From contig JBEKGO010000001.1 in assembly GCA_050012755.1 (NCBI GenBank), positions 63,545 through 127,544 on the forward strand: a stretch of 64,000 nt of DNA. Direction: 5' to 3'. The stretch's first letter is position 1. Every line of letters starts with the position of its first letter. Position numbers and translations under genes: made by a program. The notes beneath the pieces are model-generated. The model did no database searches. It worked only from the letters and a program-made list of their open reading frames with translations, and was not told the DNA's origin. Below are positions 11,185-21,355 of the stretch, piece by piece. This stretch comes from Candidatus Bathyarchaeia archaeon. GTDB taxonomy: Archaea; Thermoproteota; Bathyarchaeia; Bathyarchaeales; Bathycorpusculaceae.

Positions 11185-11300
11185 GGATTTTTGTGCGTTT
11201 TTGTTCTTTGTGTTTTGGTTTGCTTTTTTGATTTGGGGCTTAAATTGTTTGCAGGTTGAGTCAAGAAAAGTCAAAATTCGTCAAAATAAGTCAAAGATAG
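11185..11300 (+). repeat. Dispersed leader + 10-bp phased GTCAA array, copy 1
   Basis: Leader core TCTTTGTGTTTTGGTTTGCTTTTTTGATTTGGGGCTTAAA (11205-11244); GTCAA at 11260, 11270, 11280, 11290. Confidence 0.85.
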
Positions 11301-11379
11301 TGATGAATTGCATAAAAAAGTATTTGATGCCCCGTAAACAGAAGTTGAAAGGTTTTTATTACGTTAGTGCAATGTAGAG

Positions 11380-12270
11380 TTGATGTCTGGCAAACAGTTT
11401 TTCTTAGATCGCTACACTCAACTTGGCTGGAAATACGAAGAACCTAAGCCCAAGCTATCCATCAGAATAAATCAAACCAATGCAAGAGCCAAAAAACTTC
11501 CTGAGCGTCTCCGCAGTTTAGGCGTTGAAATTCAAAAAATCCCATTTCTACAAGCAGGATATTGGATCGTTAGGTCCAAAGCTTCAGCAGGCGCCACGGC
11601 AGAATACCTTCTTGGAATGTACTCTATACAAGAAGCCGCAGCCCAAATTCCCGCCACACTCTTCACAGCATTGCACAGCAAAATGGTGCTGGATGCCTCA
11701 GCAGCGCCCGGAGGAAAAACTGTTCAACTGGCCGATCTAATGGAAAACAGTGGAACCATAACAGCATTAGACATAAACAAAGAGCGGCTATCAGTGATGG
11801 CGAACCATTTAGAACGATGCCACATCAGCAACACAGCGGTCTACAATTTAGACGGACGGCAAGCCACAAAACTCAACCGTACCTTTGACCGCATACTTCT
11901 CGACGTTCCATGCTCAGGCAACTTTGCAGCTGATAGCGAATGGTTTAGCCGAAGAACATTCGCAGACATAGAGCGAAACGCGAAGGTGCAAAAGGAAATT
12001 CTATCTGAAGCAGTAAAATGTCTCGCGCCGAACGGTGAAATAGTTTATTCCACCTGTTCTTTGGAGCCTGAAGAAGACGAATTAAACATTGATTGGGCAA
12101 TCAAAAACTTAGGTCTAAAAGTTGAAAAAATTGATTGTTATGGCGTGAACGGGTTGACAGAGGTTTTTGGAAGAAAACTTGATCCGCAAATCGCCTTTTG
12201 CAGAAGAATCTGGCCTGAGCAAACTCAAGGTTTCTTTGTTTGCAAACTAAAGAGGACGGTTGCTCAATGA
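11380..12270 (+). CDS. RsmB/NOP2-family RNA m5C methyltransferase
   Basis: VLDASAAPGGKT, DRILLDVPCSG, YSTCSLEPEEDE, GFFVCKL. Confidence 0.93.
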   Translation: MMSGKQFFLDRYTQLGWKYEEPKPKLSIRINQTNARAKKLPERLRSLGVEIQKIPFLQAGYWIVRSKASAGATAEYLLGMYSIQEAAAQIPATLFTALHSKMVLDASAAPGGKTVQLADLMENSGTITALDINKERLSVMANHLERCHISNTAVYNLDGRQATKLNRTFDRILLDVPCSGNFAADSEWFSRRTFADIERNAKVQKEILSEAVKCLAPNGEIVYSTCSLEPEEDELNIDWAIKNLGLKVEKIDCYGVNGLTEVFGRKLDPQIAFCRRIWPEQTQGFFVCKLKRTVAQ

Positions 12271-12740
12271 AGCCCTATGAAGTCTTTGCATCCAGATTCG
12301 GCAGTCGAGTAGCGTTTAACTCAGAAATGGTAAATGAAAAAAATCAACGGTATTACCTCTTGAATCCGCGCCTGAAAACGATTTTGCAAAGTGACTATTA
12401 TTATGCAGGTTTGTACCTAGGTAAAATAAAAAACGGCATGTTCTTTCCAAGCTTCAACTTCCTAAATCTGCTTGTAAGTGCTGCAGCAAACAAAATTGTG
12501 GTTGATCAGAAAGCAGCTTGGCTGTTTATCTGTGGAAGAGACGTTTTTCGGGTTGGTATAGTGAAGGTTATGGGGTCTAAGCGGAAAGGCGATGCAACTT
12601 TGGTGCTTAATGAGTTTGGCGAATGCCTAGGGTTCGGCAAAATACTTGAAGATCTTGGAGCTTCTGAAGGGAAAATTGTTGTAAAGAACGTTCTTGATGT
12701 TGGGGATTTTCTGCGCAGGGAAACGAGGGGTAGGTTCTAG
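12267..12740 (+). CDS. NIP7-like PUA-domain ribosome biogenesis protein
   Basis: AAWLFICGRDVF, VLNEFGECLGFG, DVGDFLRRE; ATGA overlap with the methyltransferase stop. Confidence 0.8.
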   Translation: MKPYEVFASRFGSRVAFNSEMVNEKNQRYYLLNPRLKTILQSDYYYAGLYLGKIKNGMFFPSFNFLNLLVSAAANKIVVDQKAAWLFICGRDVFRVGIVKVMGSKRKGDATLVLNEFGECLGFGKILEDLGASEGKIVVKNVLDVGDFLRRETRGRF

Positions 12741-12905
12741 GTTTTCTGTAAGTAATTTTTTTGTTACTTTGAAGGCGTCTGTCGCTTTAATTTAGATTTG
12801 AGGCTTTATGATTTTTTCTTAACCATTAAACATTCATTCAAACATTTCTGCGATAAACTTATATATGTTTATGTTTTAAGTGGATTCTCAAACATATGAA
12901 TTGAT

Positions 12906-14381
12906 ATGGTGAAAGTCATGGTGGATGAACAAGTAAAGAAAGCAATTGAAACTCTCAAATCAAATAATATTCGATGGGTGCATTCGGCATTTGTCGATGT
13001 CCGAGGAATCCTCCAAGATATGGTTCTCCCAGCAAGAGAATACCTAACCGGCACAGCCTTCACAGAAGGCATAGGCTTCGACGGATCCTCAGTACGCGGC
13101 TTCAAATCCATAGAAGAATCAGACATGATCTTTATGCCCGACGCAAAAACACTCTCAATCATGCCATGGGTAACTGATGAAGCACAAAAAAGTGCAATAA
13201 TTTTGGGCGATGCCCAAGAAGCTTTCGGCGGAAAAGGAGCCTCTGTTACTTGCCCAAGAGGTTATGTAGCAAAAAGAGCCATAAAAGCAGCCAAAGATAT
13301 GGGGTACACTGGAATTTTCGCTCCTGAACTTGAACATTTCGTTTTCTCCTCAATCGACCCCACAAAATTAACGTGGGACCTTTGGGCGGCACCAAAAAGT
13401 GGTGAAGGAGATGCATGGGGTGCACCACGTGTCGTACCAGAATCACCCGAAATCAAACCAGGCGGATACATCTTAAGACCCAAAGAAGCATACTACAGAA
13501 CGCCCCCAGAAGACACAACTGTTGCATACAGAAACGAGGTCTCTCAAGTACTAGAAGATAACTTTGGATTAACAATTGAAAAGCACCACCATGAAGTAGC
13601 CACAGTGGGACAAGTTGAAATCGACTACAAATACGGTGAACTCCTTGAAACAGCAGACAGAGCTCTGTTCTTCAAGTTTGTTGCCAAAAACATTGCGAAG
13701 AAGTATGGCTTAATCGCTACATTTATGCCTAAACCCATCTACCTTGACAACGCAAGCGGCATGCACGTTCACTCCAGCCTTTGGAAAGATGGAAAGAACA
13801 TAATGTATGACGGAAAAGATGAGTACGCAGAACTAAGCCAAATTGGCAGGTACTATGTGGGCGGAATCTTAGCCCATGCAAAAGCCTTGACCGCAGTGTG
13901 CTGCCCAACCGTAAGCAGCTACAAGCGGCTTGTACCAGGCTTTGAAGCGCCAATCTATGTCATGTGGAGCAGACGTAACCGCTCATCCCTTGCAAGAATA
14001 CCTCTATACTACAAAGGAGCAGGTTTTGCTGCACAGAAAAGAGTTGAATACCGCGGCGTAGATCCATCATGCAACCCATACTTGGCGTTCTCCTGCATTA
14101 TGATGGCCGGTCTCGACGGAATCAAAAAGAAACTTGACCCAGGCGACCCAGTCGACGAAGACGTTTACAAACTAAGCAAAGCAAAACGCAAAGAACTAGG
14201 CATCCAAGAACTCCCAACCACACTAAAAGACGCATTGGACGAAATGGAAGGCGACGAAGTCATAAAACAAACTCTCGGCAACCACATTTTCGACGCATTC
14301 ATAGAGCTAAAAACAAACGATTGGAACCAATACTGCCTATATGTGTCACCTTGGGAAATAATGAAATACCTCGACTATTAA
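12906..14381 (+). CDS. glnA: Glutamine synthetase type I (with GSI-beta-like insertion)
   Basis: FDGSS, HHHEVA, FMPKP..NASGMHVHSSL, SYKRLVPGFEAP, NRS, RVEYR. Confidence 0.95.
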   Translation: MVKVMVDEQVKKAIETLKSNNIRWVHSAFVDVRGILQDMVLPAREYLTGTAFTEGIGFDGSSVRGFKSIEESDMIFMPDAKTLSIMPWVTDEAQKSAIILGDAQEAFGGKGASVTCPRGYVAKRAIKAAKDMGYTGIFAPELEHFVFSSIDPTKLTWDLWAAPKSGEGDAWGAPRVVPESPEIKPGGYILRPKEAYYRTPPEDTTVAYRNEVSQVLEDNFGLTIEKHHHEVATVGQVEIDYKYGELLETADRALFFKFVAKNIAKKYGLIATFMPKPIYLDNASGMHVHSSLWKDGKNIMYDGKDEYAELSQIGRYYVGGILAHAKALTAVCCPTVSSYKRLVPGFEAPIYVMWSRRNRSSLARIPLYYKGAGFAAQKRVEYRGVDPSCNPYLAFSCIMMAGLDGIKKKLDPGDPVDEDVYKLSKAKRKELGIQELPTTLKDALDEMEGDEVIKQTLGNHIFDAFIELKTNDWNQYCLYVSPWEIMKYLDY

Positions 14382-14421
14382 GTCGAGAAATTTCCATTTT
14401 CATTTCTCTTTTCATTTTTTT
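14370..14421 (+). terminator. Hairpin + T-rich terminator after glnA
   Basis: CTCGACT-atta-AGTCGAG across the stop codon, followed by oligo-T tracts. Confidence 0.55.
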
Positions 14422-14543
14422 AGACCAAACAGATGGATTGTTACGGTTTCTTAGAAACTGTCTGGACTAACGTTAAATTTAAATTCTCTACCCAATGCAA
14501 TAGGTTCACTCTTGGATGAGAAGATTTAGGATTTGCAGTCTAA

Positions 14544-15137
14544 ATGTCTACTGAACAGTTTACAGTGCAAGCGCCCTACAGCGTTTTCATAACTATTCTT
14601 GTAATAATTCTAATCGCCTTTGGTGTTGTTCTTATGTTATCGTTCTTTTTGGACAAACTTGTGAGAAAACTATCGTCTATTTCTCTTTCTGGTGGAAAAA
14701 CTGGCAATAGATACGTATATGCAACCATAGGGATAGTATTAATCGTATTGGCAGGTGGGTTATCTTATTATTGGTATGCGCCTTCAACGGTAACGGTTGG
14801 CTCTGGATACATAAACATACAATTTTCTGCTCTTTCACCCATCCCGTTTATTGGCGGTGAAAAAAATGTCACCTCAAACGAAATATCCAATGCTTTTGTC
14901 GGTCAGATAGGTTCAGGAGCCTTCACATTAAACAAGCAGTATGGAAACAATCTCGGCGATACCAATATAGGCGTTTTTACTCTTGGAAATGGAGCCACAG
15001 CTTACATGGCATCCACTAACTCTACCGACCTCATAATACAGCTGAAAAGCGGAGAATACATAATACTGGGCACATCAAATATGAGCACTCTTGCAGCCAG
15101 CTTCTCACAGAACGTTTACCCATTAAAATCTCCCTAA
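14544..15137 (+). CDS. Hypothetical membrane protein (two N-terminal TMs + soluble domain)
   Basis: Two hydrophobic helices followed by an S/T/N/G-rich domain. Confidence 0.7.
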   Translation: MSTEQFTVQAPYSVFITILVIILIAFGVVLMLSFFLDKLVRKLSSISLSGGKTGNRYVYATIGIVLIVLAGGLSYYWYAPSTVTVGSGYINIQFSALSPIPFIGGEKNVTSNEISNAFVGQIGSGAFTLNKQYGNNLGDTNIGVFTLGNGATAYMASTNSTDLIIQLKSGEYIILGTSNMSTLAASFSQNVYPLKSP

Positions 15138-15231
15138 GGTTTATGCCACTCAAATCTGCAGTTCTTTGATTTGTGAAAGTTTTTAAATAGGTACGGTACT
15201 ATTTTCTAAATAATAGGACTGATCCTTTTTC

Positions 15232-17862
15232 TTGCCTAAAAATACACGAGATAATGCTGAACGAAAAGAGTTTTCATCTTGCGCTCAAGCAAAAACTAAG
15301 TTGACCAAAAATAATCGACGTAACGCAATAGAGAGAGGAAAGTTTCTTCTTGATCTCTACCAGAAAGCGTTACTTTTGTCCGAGAAGGAACTAAATGACT
15401 ATTTTCTAGATCACGCAGTTAGTCTAACAGGGAGCACAATTGGTTTTTTCCATTTTGTCTCGGATGACCAAAAATCCATCATGTTAACTGCATGGAATGG
15501 CGAAGCACGAAAAAACTGCGTCGTCAATTATGATACTCATTATCCAATTGAGCAAGCAGGAAACTGGGTTGATTGCGTTCGACTTAAACGTCCAGTTATC
15601 TACAATGACTTTGCCAAATCCCCCAATCAGAAGGGGTTTCCCTCCGGGCACGTTTTGATCAAACGCTTTATGAGCATCCCCATTTTTGAGAACGACAAAG
15701 TGAAGATAGTTTTTGGTGTAGGTAACAAAATTGATCCGTACACTGAAGATGATGTTGTTCAGCTTCAACTTATAGCCAACGAGTTGTCCAAAATCTACCG
15801 ACAGCGTCAAGCAGAGTATTCGATACGTGAATCTGAAAAAAAGTACAGATCTTTGTTTGAGAACATGCTAGATGGCTTTGCTTTTTGCAAAATGGTCTTT
15901 GACGAACAAAACAAACCCATCGATTTCATTTATCTTGAAATTAATGATGCATTTGAGCGCATAACTGGTCTGAAGAGAGAAGCAGTTGTTGGAAAAAAAG
16001 TTACTGAAGCGATACCTGGAATAGAAAATGCCAATCCTGAATTGTTTGAAATCTATGGCAGAGTTGCCGTTACCTGTCAGGAAGAAAGGTTTGAAATATT
16101 TTTCAAGCCATTATGCTTGTGGCTTTATGTTTCCGTGTATTGTCCCATGAAAGGCTATTTTGCTGCTGTATTCGAAGACATTACTGAACGCAAGAAAGGT
16201 GAAGAAGCATTACGCAAACTTAACCGTCATTTAAGAGCCATTAGCGATAGCAACCAAGCGCTCATGCATGCTACCGACGAAAAGCTGTTGATGCAGGAAG
16301 TCTGCAGCATAATTATCAATGATTGTGGCTATGCCCTGGTTTGGATTGGTCTTGCCGAAAATGACAAACGCAAAACGGTGCGTCCAGTAGCTTTCGCTGG
16401 TTTCGACAAAGGCTACATTGATGCCTTAAGAATCACTTGGAACGAAAAGTCAAAAAGAGGTCGAGGACCAACGGGTACTGCAATTCGAACTGGGAAACCA
16501 TACATCTGCAAGAGCATGGAAAGGGACCTCAACTTTGAGCCTTGGCGCGAAGAAGCCAAAAAAAGAGCCTACACAGCATCGCTGGTTCTTCCCTTAATTT
16601 CATTTGAGAGCAAAACGTTTGGTGCATTGAACATTTACAGTAAAGAACCAAACCCCTTCAGCGATGAAGAAGTAAACCTTCTAACGGAACTTGCCAACGA
16701 TTTCGCGTACGGTCTCATGATGCTGAGGCTAAGTAAGGATATAGAGCAAGCTGAGGAAACATTACGAAAGCAAGCTTCACTAATTGATCTAAGTCCAAAC
16801 GCAATATTGGTTCGGGATTTGGAGGGCACTATCACATTCTGGAGCAAGGGCGCAGAAACTTTGTACGGCTGGAAGAAAGAAGTGAGCATCGGGCAAAACA
16901 GCAACATCCTTTTGCAAACTGTATTTCCAGAACCCTTGAAATCCATAATTAGTGAGCTTAGGACGAAAGGATACTGGTCAGGCGAACTTATTCATAAAAC
17001 AAAAGATGGACGAAACGTCGTGGTTCAAAGCTACTGGCTTGCTAAACTTGATGAAAAAGGCAAAGTTGCAGAGCTATTTGAAGCAAACATGGACGTTACT
17101 GATCGCAAACAAATGCAGGCAAAGCTTGAAGACTATAGCAAGCATTTGGAGGATTTGGTTGAAGAACGAACTAAGCAGCTTAAGGATTCTGAGCGTTTGG
17201 CTGCTATTGGTGCAACGGCTGGCATGGTTGGTCATGACATCAGAAATCCGCTGCAAGCTATTGTCGGCGATTTATTCTTAGCTAAAGATGATGTTTTTTC
17301 ATTATCTGAAGGGGAAACAAAGAGGGACTTGCAAGAAAATTTAAACAATATTGAAGAAAATCTGTTGTATGTTGAAAAGATTGTTGCTGATCTTCAGGAT
17401 TATGCGAGACCTTTGCATCCTATAATCGAAAACGTTGGCATAGAGGAGGCAATTGAAGCTGCTTTTTTGGTCGTGACTATTCCATGTAACTTGGAAGTTT
17501 CTATAGTTGTTGAACATGGAATTCCACCGCTTGATTCTGATTTATCAATGTTGAAGCGTGTTCTGGTTAACTTGATTCAAAATGCTGTTCAAGCGATGCC
17601 AAATGGCGGTAAACTAACGTTAAATGCTTACAAAGAAGAGAATTATGTCATTGTAGCGGTAAAGGATAATGGCGTTGGCATTCCTGAAGCCATAAAAAAC
17701 AAATTGTTTACGCCGATGTTCACAACGAAGTCGAAGGGGCAAGGCTTTGGCTTAGCAGTAGTTAAGCGTATGACCGAAGCTCTCGGCGGCACTATCTCTT
17801 TTGAGAGTCAAGAAGGCAAAGGAACCACCTTCACTATACGTTTGCCCCTCCTAAAGAAATAA
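15232..17862 (+). CDS. Multi-sensor histidine kinase (GAF-PAS-GAF-PAS-HisKA-HATPase)
   Basis: GMVGHDIRNPL H-box, NLIQNAVQAM N-box, DNGVGI, FTTKSKGQGFGL, GKGTTF. Confidence 0.93.
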   Translation: MPKNTRDNAERKEFSSCAQAKTKLTKNNRRNAIERGKFLLDLYQKALLLSEKELNDYFLDHAVSLTGSTIGFFHFVSDDQKSIMLTAWNGEARKNCVVNYDTHYPIEQAGNWVDCVRLKRPVIYNDFAKSPNQKGFPSGHVLIKRFMSIPIFENDKVKIVFGVGNKIDPYTEDDVVQLQLIANELSKIYRQRQAEYSIRESEKKYRSLFENMLDGFAFCKMVFDEQNKPIDFIYLEINDAFERITGLKREAVVGKKVTEAIPGIENANPELFEIYGRVAVTCQEERFEIFFKPLCLWLYVSVYCPMKGYFAAVFEDITERKKGEEALRKLNRHLRAISDSNQALMHATDEKLLMQEVCSIIINDCGYALVWIGLAENDKRKTVRPVAFAGFDKGYIDALRITWNEKSKRGRGPTGTAIRTGKPYICKSMERDLNFEPWREEAKKRAYTASLVLPLISFESKTFGALNIYSKEPNPFSDEEVNLLTELANDFAYGLMMLRLSKDIEQAEETLRKQASLIDLSPNAILVRDLEGTITFWSKGAETLYGWKKEVSIGQNSNILLQTVFPEPLKSIISELRTKGYWSGELIHKTKDGRNVVVQSYWLAKLDEKGKVAELFEANMDVTDRKQMQAKLEDYSKHLEDLVEERTKQLKDSERLAAIGATAGMVGHDIRNPLQAIVGDLFLAKDDVFSLSEGETKRDLQENLNNIEENLLYVEKIVADLQDYARPLHPIIENVGIEEAIEAAFLVVTIPCNLEVSIVVEHGIPPLDSDLSMLKRVLVNLIQNAVQAMPNGGKLTLNAYKEENYVIVAVKDNGVGIPEAIKNKLFTPMFTTKSKGQGFGLAVVKRMTEALGGTISFESQEGKGTTFTIRLPLLKK

Positions 17863-18026
17863 ACGGCAAATTGGTCTTCAAGTGAAATTAGTAAAACAAG
17901 ATGGACATTTGATAATTTAGAAATGCAAAATGTAAACTATTGCTGACACGCCTTTACCACGGATATTGAATCCTATCTGTTGCTCTGATAGGAATCGTTT
18001 TAGGTTTCTTTAAAAAAAGAAAAGTT

Positions 18027-18302
18027 TTAAGTTTTTGCTTCTTCTAGGAGTGTTTGTGTTTCGGGTAGTTTTTCTTCTTTTGGTTTTGTTACTTGCCAAA
18101 TAATTCCTGCTGCTATGAATGAAACAACCGCGTAAGCTATGAACGGCAACGCTGACATTAAAATACCAAGTTGAATGAAGCTAGCAGGAACAGTTGGATT
18201 ATACTCTAGCTTATCTATTTGGTAGGTCATCAATGCTGCTAAACCGGCAAATATGCTGAATACTACTCCGAAGACTAAAGCTACTTTTTGAATAAGTTTC
18301 AA
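18027..18302 (-). CDS. Small two-TM membrane protein
   Basis: Two hydrophobic helices and a charged tail. Confidence 0.65.
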   Translation of the reverse strand: MKLIQKVALVFGVVFSIFAGLAALMTYQIDKLEYNPTVPASFIQLGILMSALPFIAYAVVSFIAAGIIWQVTKPKEEKLPETQTLLEEAKT

Positions 18303-18537
18303 TGTAGTTATTTTTCTTCACCCAATATTCTTTGTTAATGTCTGCTTTCCTTTTTAAATGATTACCCATATTCAGATGCTGCTATCCTCGGAATTTACAT
18401 AATTTTTTCAAAATCAAGTTAATTTTTGACAGATAACCAATTTTACCAAAAACAGGGTCTAAACATTAAATATATCTACCCAAAGCCCACTATTAACTAG
18501 ACAGTTAATCAAACGCTATAACAGGTGAAAAGATAAA

Positions 18538-19902
18538 ATGAAAAATTTCAAAGACGCCATATGGAAAGAAAACGTCTCAAAAGTAATCCAGCAAATACAG
18601 GAACAAGAAATAAAATTCATCAGACTACAATTTACCGACATTAACGGCATTCTAAAGAATTTGGCAGTAAGCTCAAAAAATATTGAAACTATTTTTGAAA
18701 ATGGCCAATCATTCGATGGATCATCCATCACAGGCTACAGACCCATTGAAGAATCCGATATGGTGCTGTATCCTGATCCAAGCACATTTGCAGTTCTGCC
18801 ATGGCGACCCAAAGAAAAATCGTCCGCGAGGTTAATCTGTGATATTTACACTCCGGAAAACAAACGGTTTGAAGGCGATCCCCGTCACGTTCTTGAACGA
18901 ACATTAGAAAAAGCTGCCAAAGCAGGCTACACATTCATGTGTGCTCCGGAACTTGAATTTTTCATAGTTAAAGAAAGTGAAACGGGAGGCTTGCCAACAC
19001 CAATAGACTTGGCAGGCTACTTTGATTTTCATCCCGGCGACTTAACAGACGACCTGCGCCGAGAAATTGCTGATACGGCCGAAGCTTTCGGAATAGAAAT
19101 AGAGATTTCGCATCATGAAGTTGCTTTGGGGCAAAACGAAATTGACTTCAAATATGATGAAGCATTAAAAACGGCTGACCGAACAATTACAATGAAGATG
19201 TGCGGGAAAGTTGTTGGCGCACGAAACGGCTACATCACCACTTATATGCCTAAACCATTCGCGGGCATAAACGGTTCAGGCATGCACACTCACATGAGCC
19301 TGTGGAACAAAAACGTCTCGCAAAACCTCTTTTACGAAGACGATGAGAAAAGCGGCTTTCTCTCAGACTTAGCAAAAAGTTTTATCGGCGGGCAACTAGC
19401 GCATGGACGCAAAATGTGTGCTATTCTTGATTCATGGCCAAACAGTTTCAAACGATTAGTTCCAGGTTATGAAGCCCCAGTCTATCTTGCTTGGGCACAC
19501 AAAAACCGCTCGCCCCTTATACGAGTGCCAAACTTTGGCGGAAGAAAAAACGCTGCAAGATGCGAAATTCGCTGCCCAGACGGTGCCGGAAACCCATACC
19601 TACAATTCGCAGTGCTTTTAGCAACAGGCTTAGACGGTATCAAAAACAGTATTGACCCGGGCGACCCCGTCGAACTAAACGTCTACCATATGACCTATGA
19701 AGAACGCAAAGAAAGAAACATCGTTTCACTGCCAGAATCACTTAAAGAGGCTCTTGACGAATTGGAAACCAGCGATTTAATGCGTGACACCCTCGGCGAA
19801 ACCGCATTCACAAACTTCCTAATCGAAAAACGCAGAGAATGGGACCTTTACCGCACACAAGTCACCGAGTGGGAAGTCAACCGCTACATTAAACGGCTCT
19901 AG
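18538..19902 (+). CDS. glnA: Glutamine synthetase family protein (GSI-alpha-like), second paralog
   Basis: LQFTDING, FDGSSI, SHHEVA, MPKP..GINGSGMHTH, KRLVPGYEAP, NRSPLIRVP. Confidence 0.9.
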   Translation: MKNFKDAIWKENVSKVIQQIQEQEIKFIRLQFTDINGILKNLAVSSKNIETIFENGQSFDGSSITGYRPIEESDMVLYPDPSTFAVLPWRPKEKSSARLICDIYTPENKRFEGDPRHVLERTLEKAAKAGYTFMCAPELEFFIVKESETGGLPTPIDLAGYFDFHPGDLTDDLRREIADTAEAFGIEIEISHHEVALGQNEIDFKYDEALKTADRTITMKMCGKVVGARNGYITTYMPKPFAGINGSGMHTHMSLWNKNVSQNLFYEDDEKSGFLSDLAKSFIGGQLAHGRKMCAILDSWPNSFKRLVPGYEAPVYLAWAHKNRSPLIRVPNFGGRKNAARCEIRCPDGAGNPYLQFAVLLATGLDGIKNSIDPGDPVELNVYHMTYEERKERNIVSLPESLKEALDELETSDLMRDTLGETAFTNFLIEKRREWDLYRTQVTEWEVNRYIKRL

Positions 19903-19941
19903 CCAAAAAGACTCATTTTCCTTTTCTTCGTTCTCGTTTTT

Positions 19942-21231
19942 TTAATCCTTTATTTTTTCAGGTAACGCTTTAATGGGAACAATTGTTTGTTCACGTTTAG
20001 CGAGATTCCTTAGCATTGCTGCACCCTCTTTTAGCTCCCGCTCGCCTACAATCACCGCATAATCGATGCCGCGTTTATCAGCGTCTTCAAGCGCCTTAGC
20101 CATCTTGCGACCCATAATTTCAAACTCAACAACAACCCCCGAGCCGCGGAGCATCTGGGCAATTTTTAAGGCTTCAACCTTCAACGCTTCATTAACTGCC
20201 AAAACAAGAACCCTTTTCCCGACCTTACCTGCAACACTTGACTTCTGGGTCTGCAAAGCAAGCGCAACCCTATCAATTCCATGGGCAACGCCCACAGCAG
20301 GGGTTGGTTCGCCTCCGAACAATTCAATTAGCCTATCATATCTGCCTCCGCCGCCAAGAGCAATGTCTAATTGTGGAATGTAGATTTCAAAAATCATCCC
20401 CGTGTAATATTCCAAGCCTCTGGCAAAAGCGGGCTCAACCATCTGAACTGGACATCCGCTTTCTACTATAAGTTTTAAGATTTCTCCGAGATTTTCTGCC
20501 GCATCCTTAGCTATCTCGTAGTTGGCAACATAGGTTTTGATTTTTTCAATGGTTTCAAAGCAGTCTTCGCTTTTCAGTTTGAGTAATCCTTCAAGCATGC
20601 CTCGGCATTTGTCGGTCGGCGCCAGCTTAAACGCTTCCTCATACTCTTTTTTGTCCATGCGCTGTAAGATGGTGTTTTGGGTTTTTTCGTCAACGCCTTC
20701 TTGGCTAAGAATGCCTCGTATTACGCCTATATTCCCGATTTTGAACGCGTAACCCTGCAAACCCAGCCCTTTCATTAAACTGTTAGTTAGCAAAACGATT
20801 TCTGCATCCGCCTCTGGCCTAGCCGAACCCATCAATTCAAAGTTAGACTGCCAAAACTCACGATAACGACCCCGCTGCGGTTCATCATAACGGTAAACGG
20901 TGCCAACAGAGAAAAGTCTAAGCGGTTTAGGATCGTTTTTAAGAGCTGTGGTTGCTAAGCGTGCGATTGATGCGGTAAATTCTGGACGCAAAGCTACCTG
21001 TCGCTCTCCGAGGTCTTTGAAAATGAACATTCGTTGTCGAATTTCCTCACCCGATTTAGCACTTAAAAGCTCGAGTGATTCAACGACTGGCGTTATGGCT
21101 TCTTTGTAACCGTAAAGTGCCGCTGTTTGGCGGGCTTTAGCAATAATGTTTGTGAATGTTTGGGCTTCTTCGCCTAGTAAATCTCTCATTCCACGAACAG
21201 TTTGGAAATTCGGCATACAATTTTTCTCCAT
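19942..21231 (-). CDS. hisS: Histidine--tRNA ligase
   Basis: RGMRD, LRPEFTAS, RYDEPQRGRYREFWQ, RGLEYYTG, GGGGRYD. Confidence 0.96.
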   Translation of the reverse strand: MEKNCMPNFQTVRGMRDLLGEEAQTFTNIIAKARQTAALYGYKEAITPVVESLELLSAKSGEEIRQRMFIFKDLGERQVALRPEFTASIARLATTALKNDPKPLRLFSVGTVYRYDEPQRGRYREFWQSNFELMGSARPEADAEIVLLTNSLMKGLGLQGYAFKIGNIGVIRGILSQEGVDEKTQNTILQRMDKKEYEEAFKLAPTDKCRGMLEGLLKLKSEDCFETIEKIKTYVANYEIAKDAAENLGEILKLIVESGCPVQMVEPAFARGLEYYTGMIFEIYIPQLDIALGGGGRYDRLIELFGGEPTPAVGVAHGIDRVALALQTQKSSVAGKVGKRVLVLAVNEALKVEALKIAQMLRGSGVVVEFEIMGRKMAKALEDADKRGIDYAVIVGERELKEGAAMLRNLAKREQTIVPIKALPEKIKD

Positions 21232-21355
21232 TACTAGTTAACTTTACAGTAAAAGTGTGCAATTGTCTGTATTTAGCTCTTGGCATTTGTTTTGTTTTCA
21301 TCGCTGGAAGAAATATGATAAAAAGAATTTATTAGAAACAGATAATGAAGAGACT

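Noticed and set aside
11026-11274. 82-aa ORF across the leader element (also the 59506-59712 ORF)
   Set aside because: Equivalent frames in other copies contain stops/indels, so the element is not conserved as protein.
11300-11350. C/D box sRNA next to nop5/fibrillarin (GTGATGA)
   Set aside because: No CTGA D box at a suitable distance.
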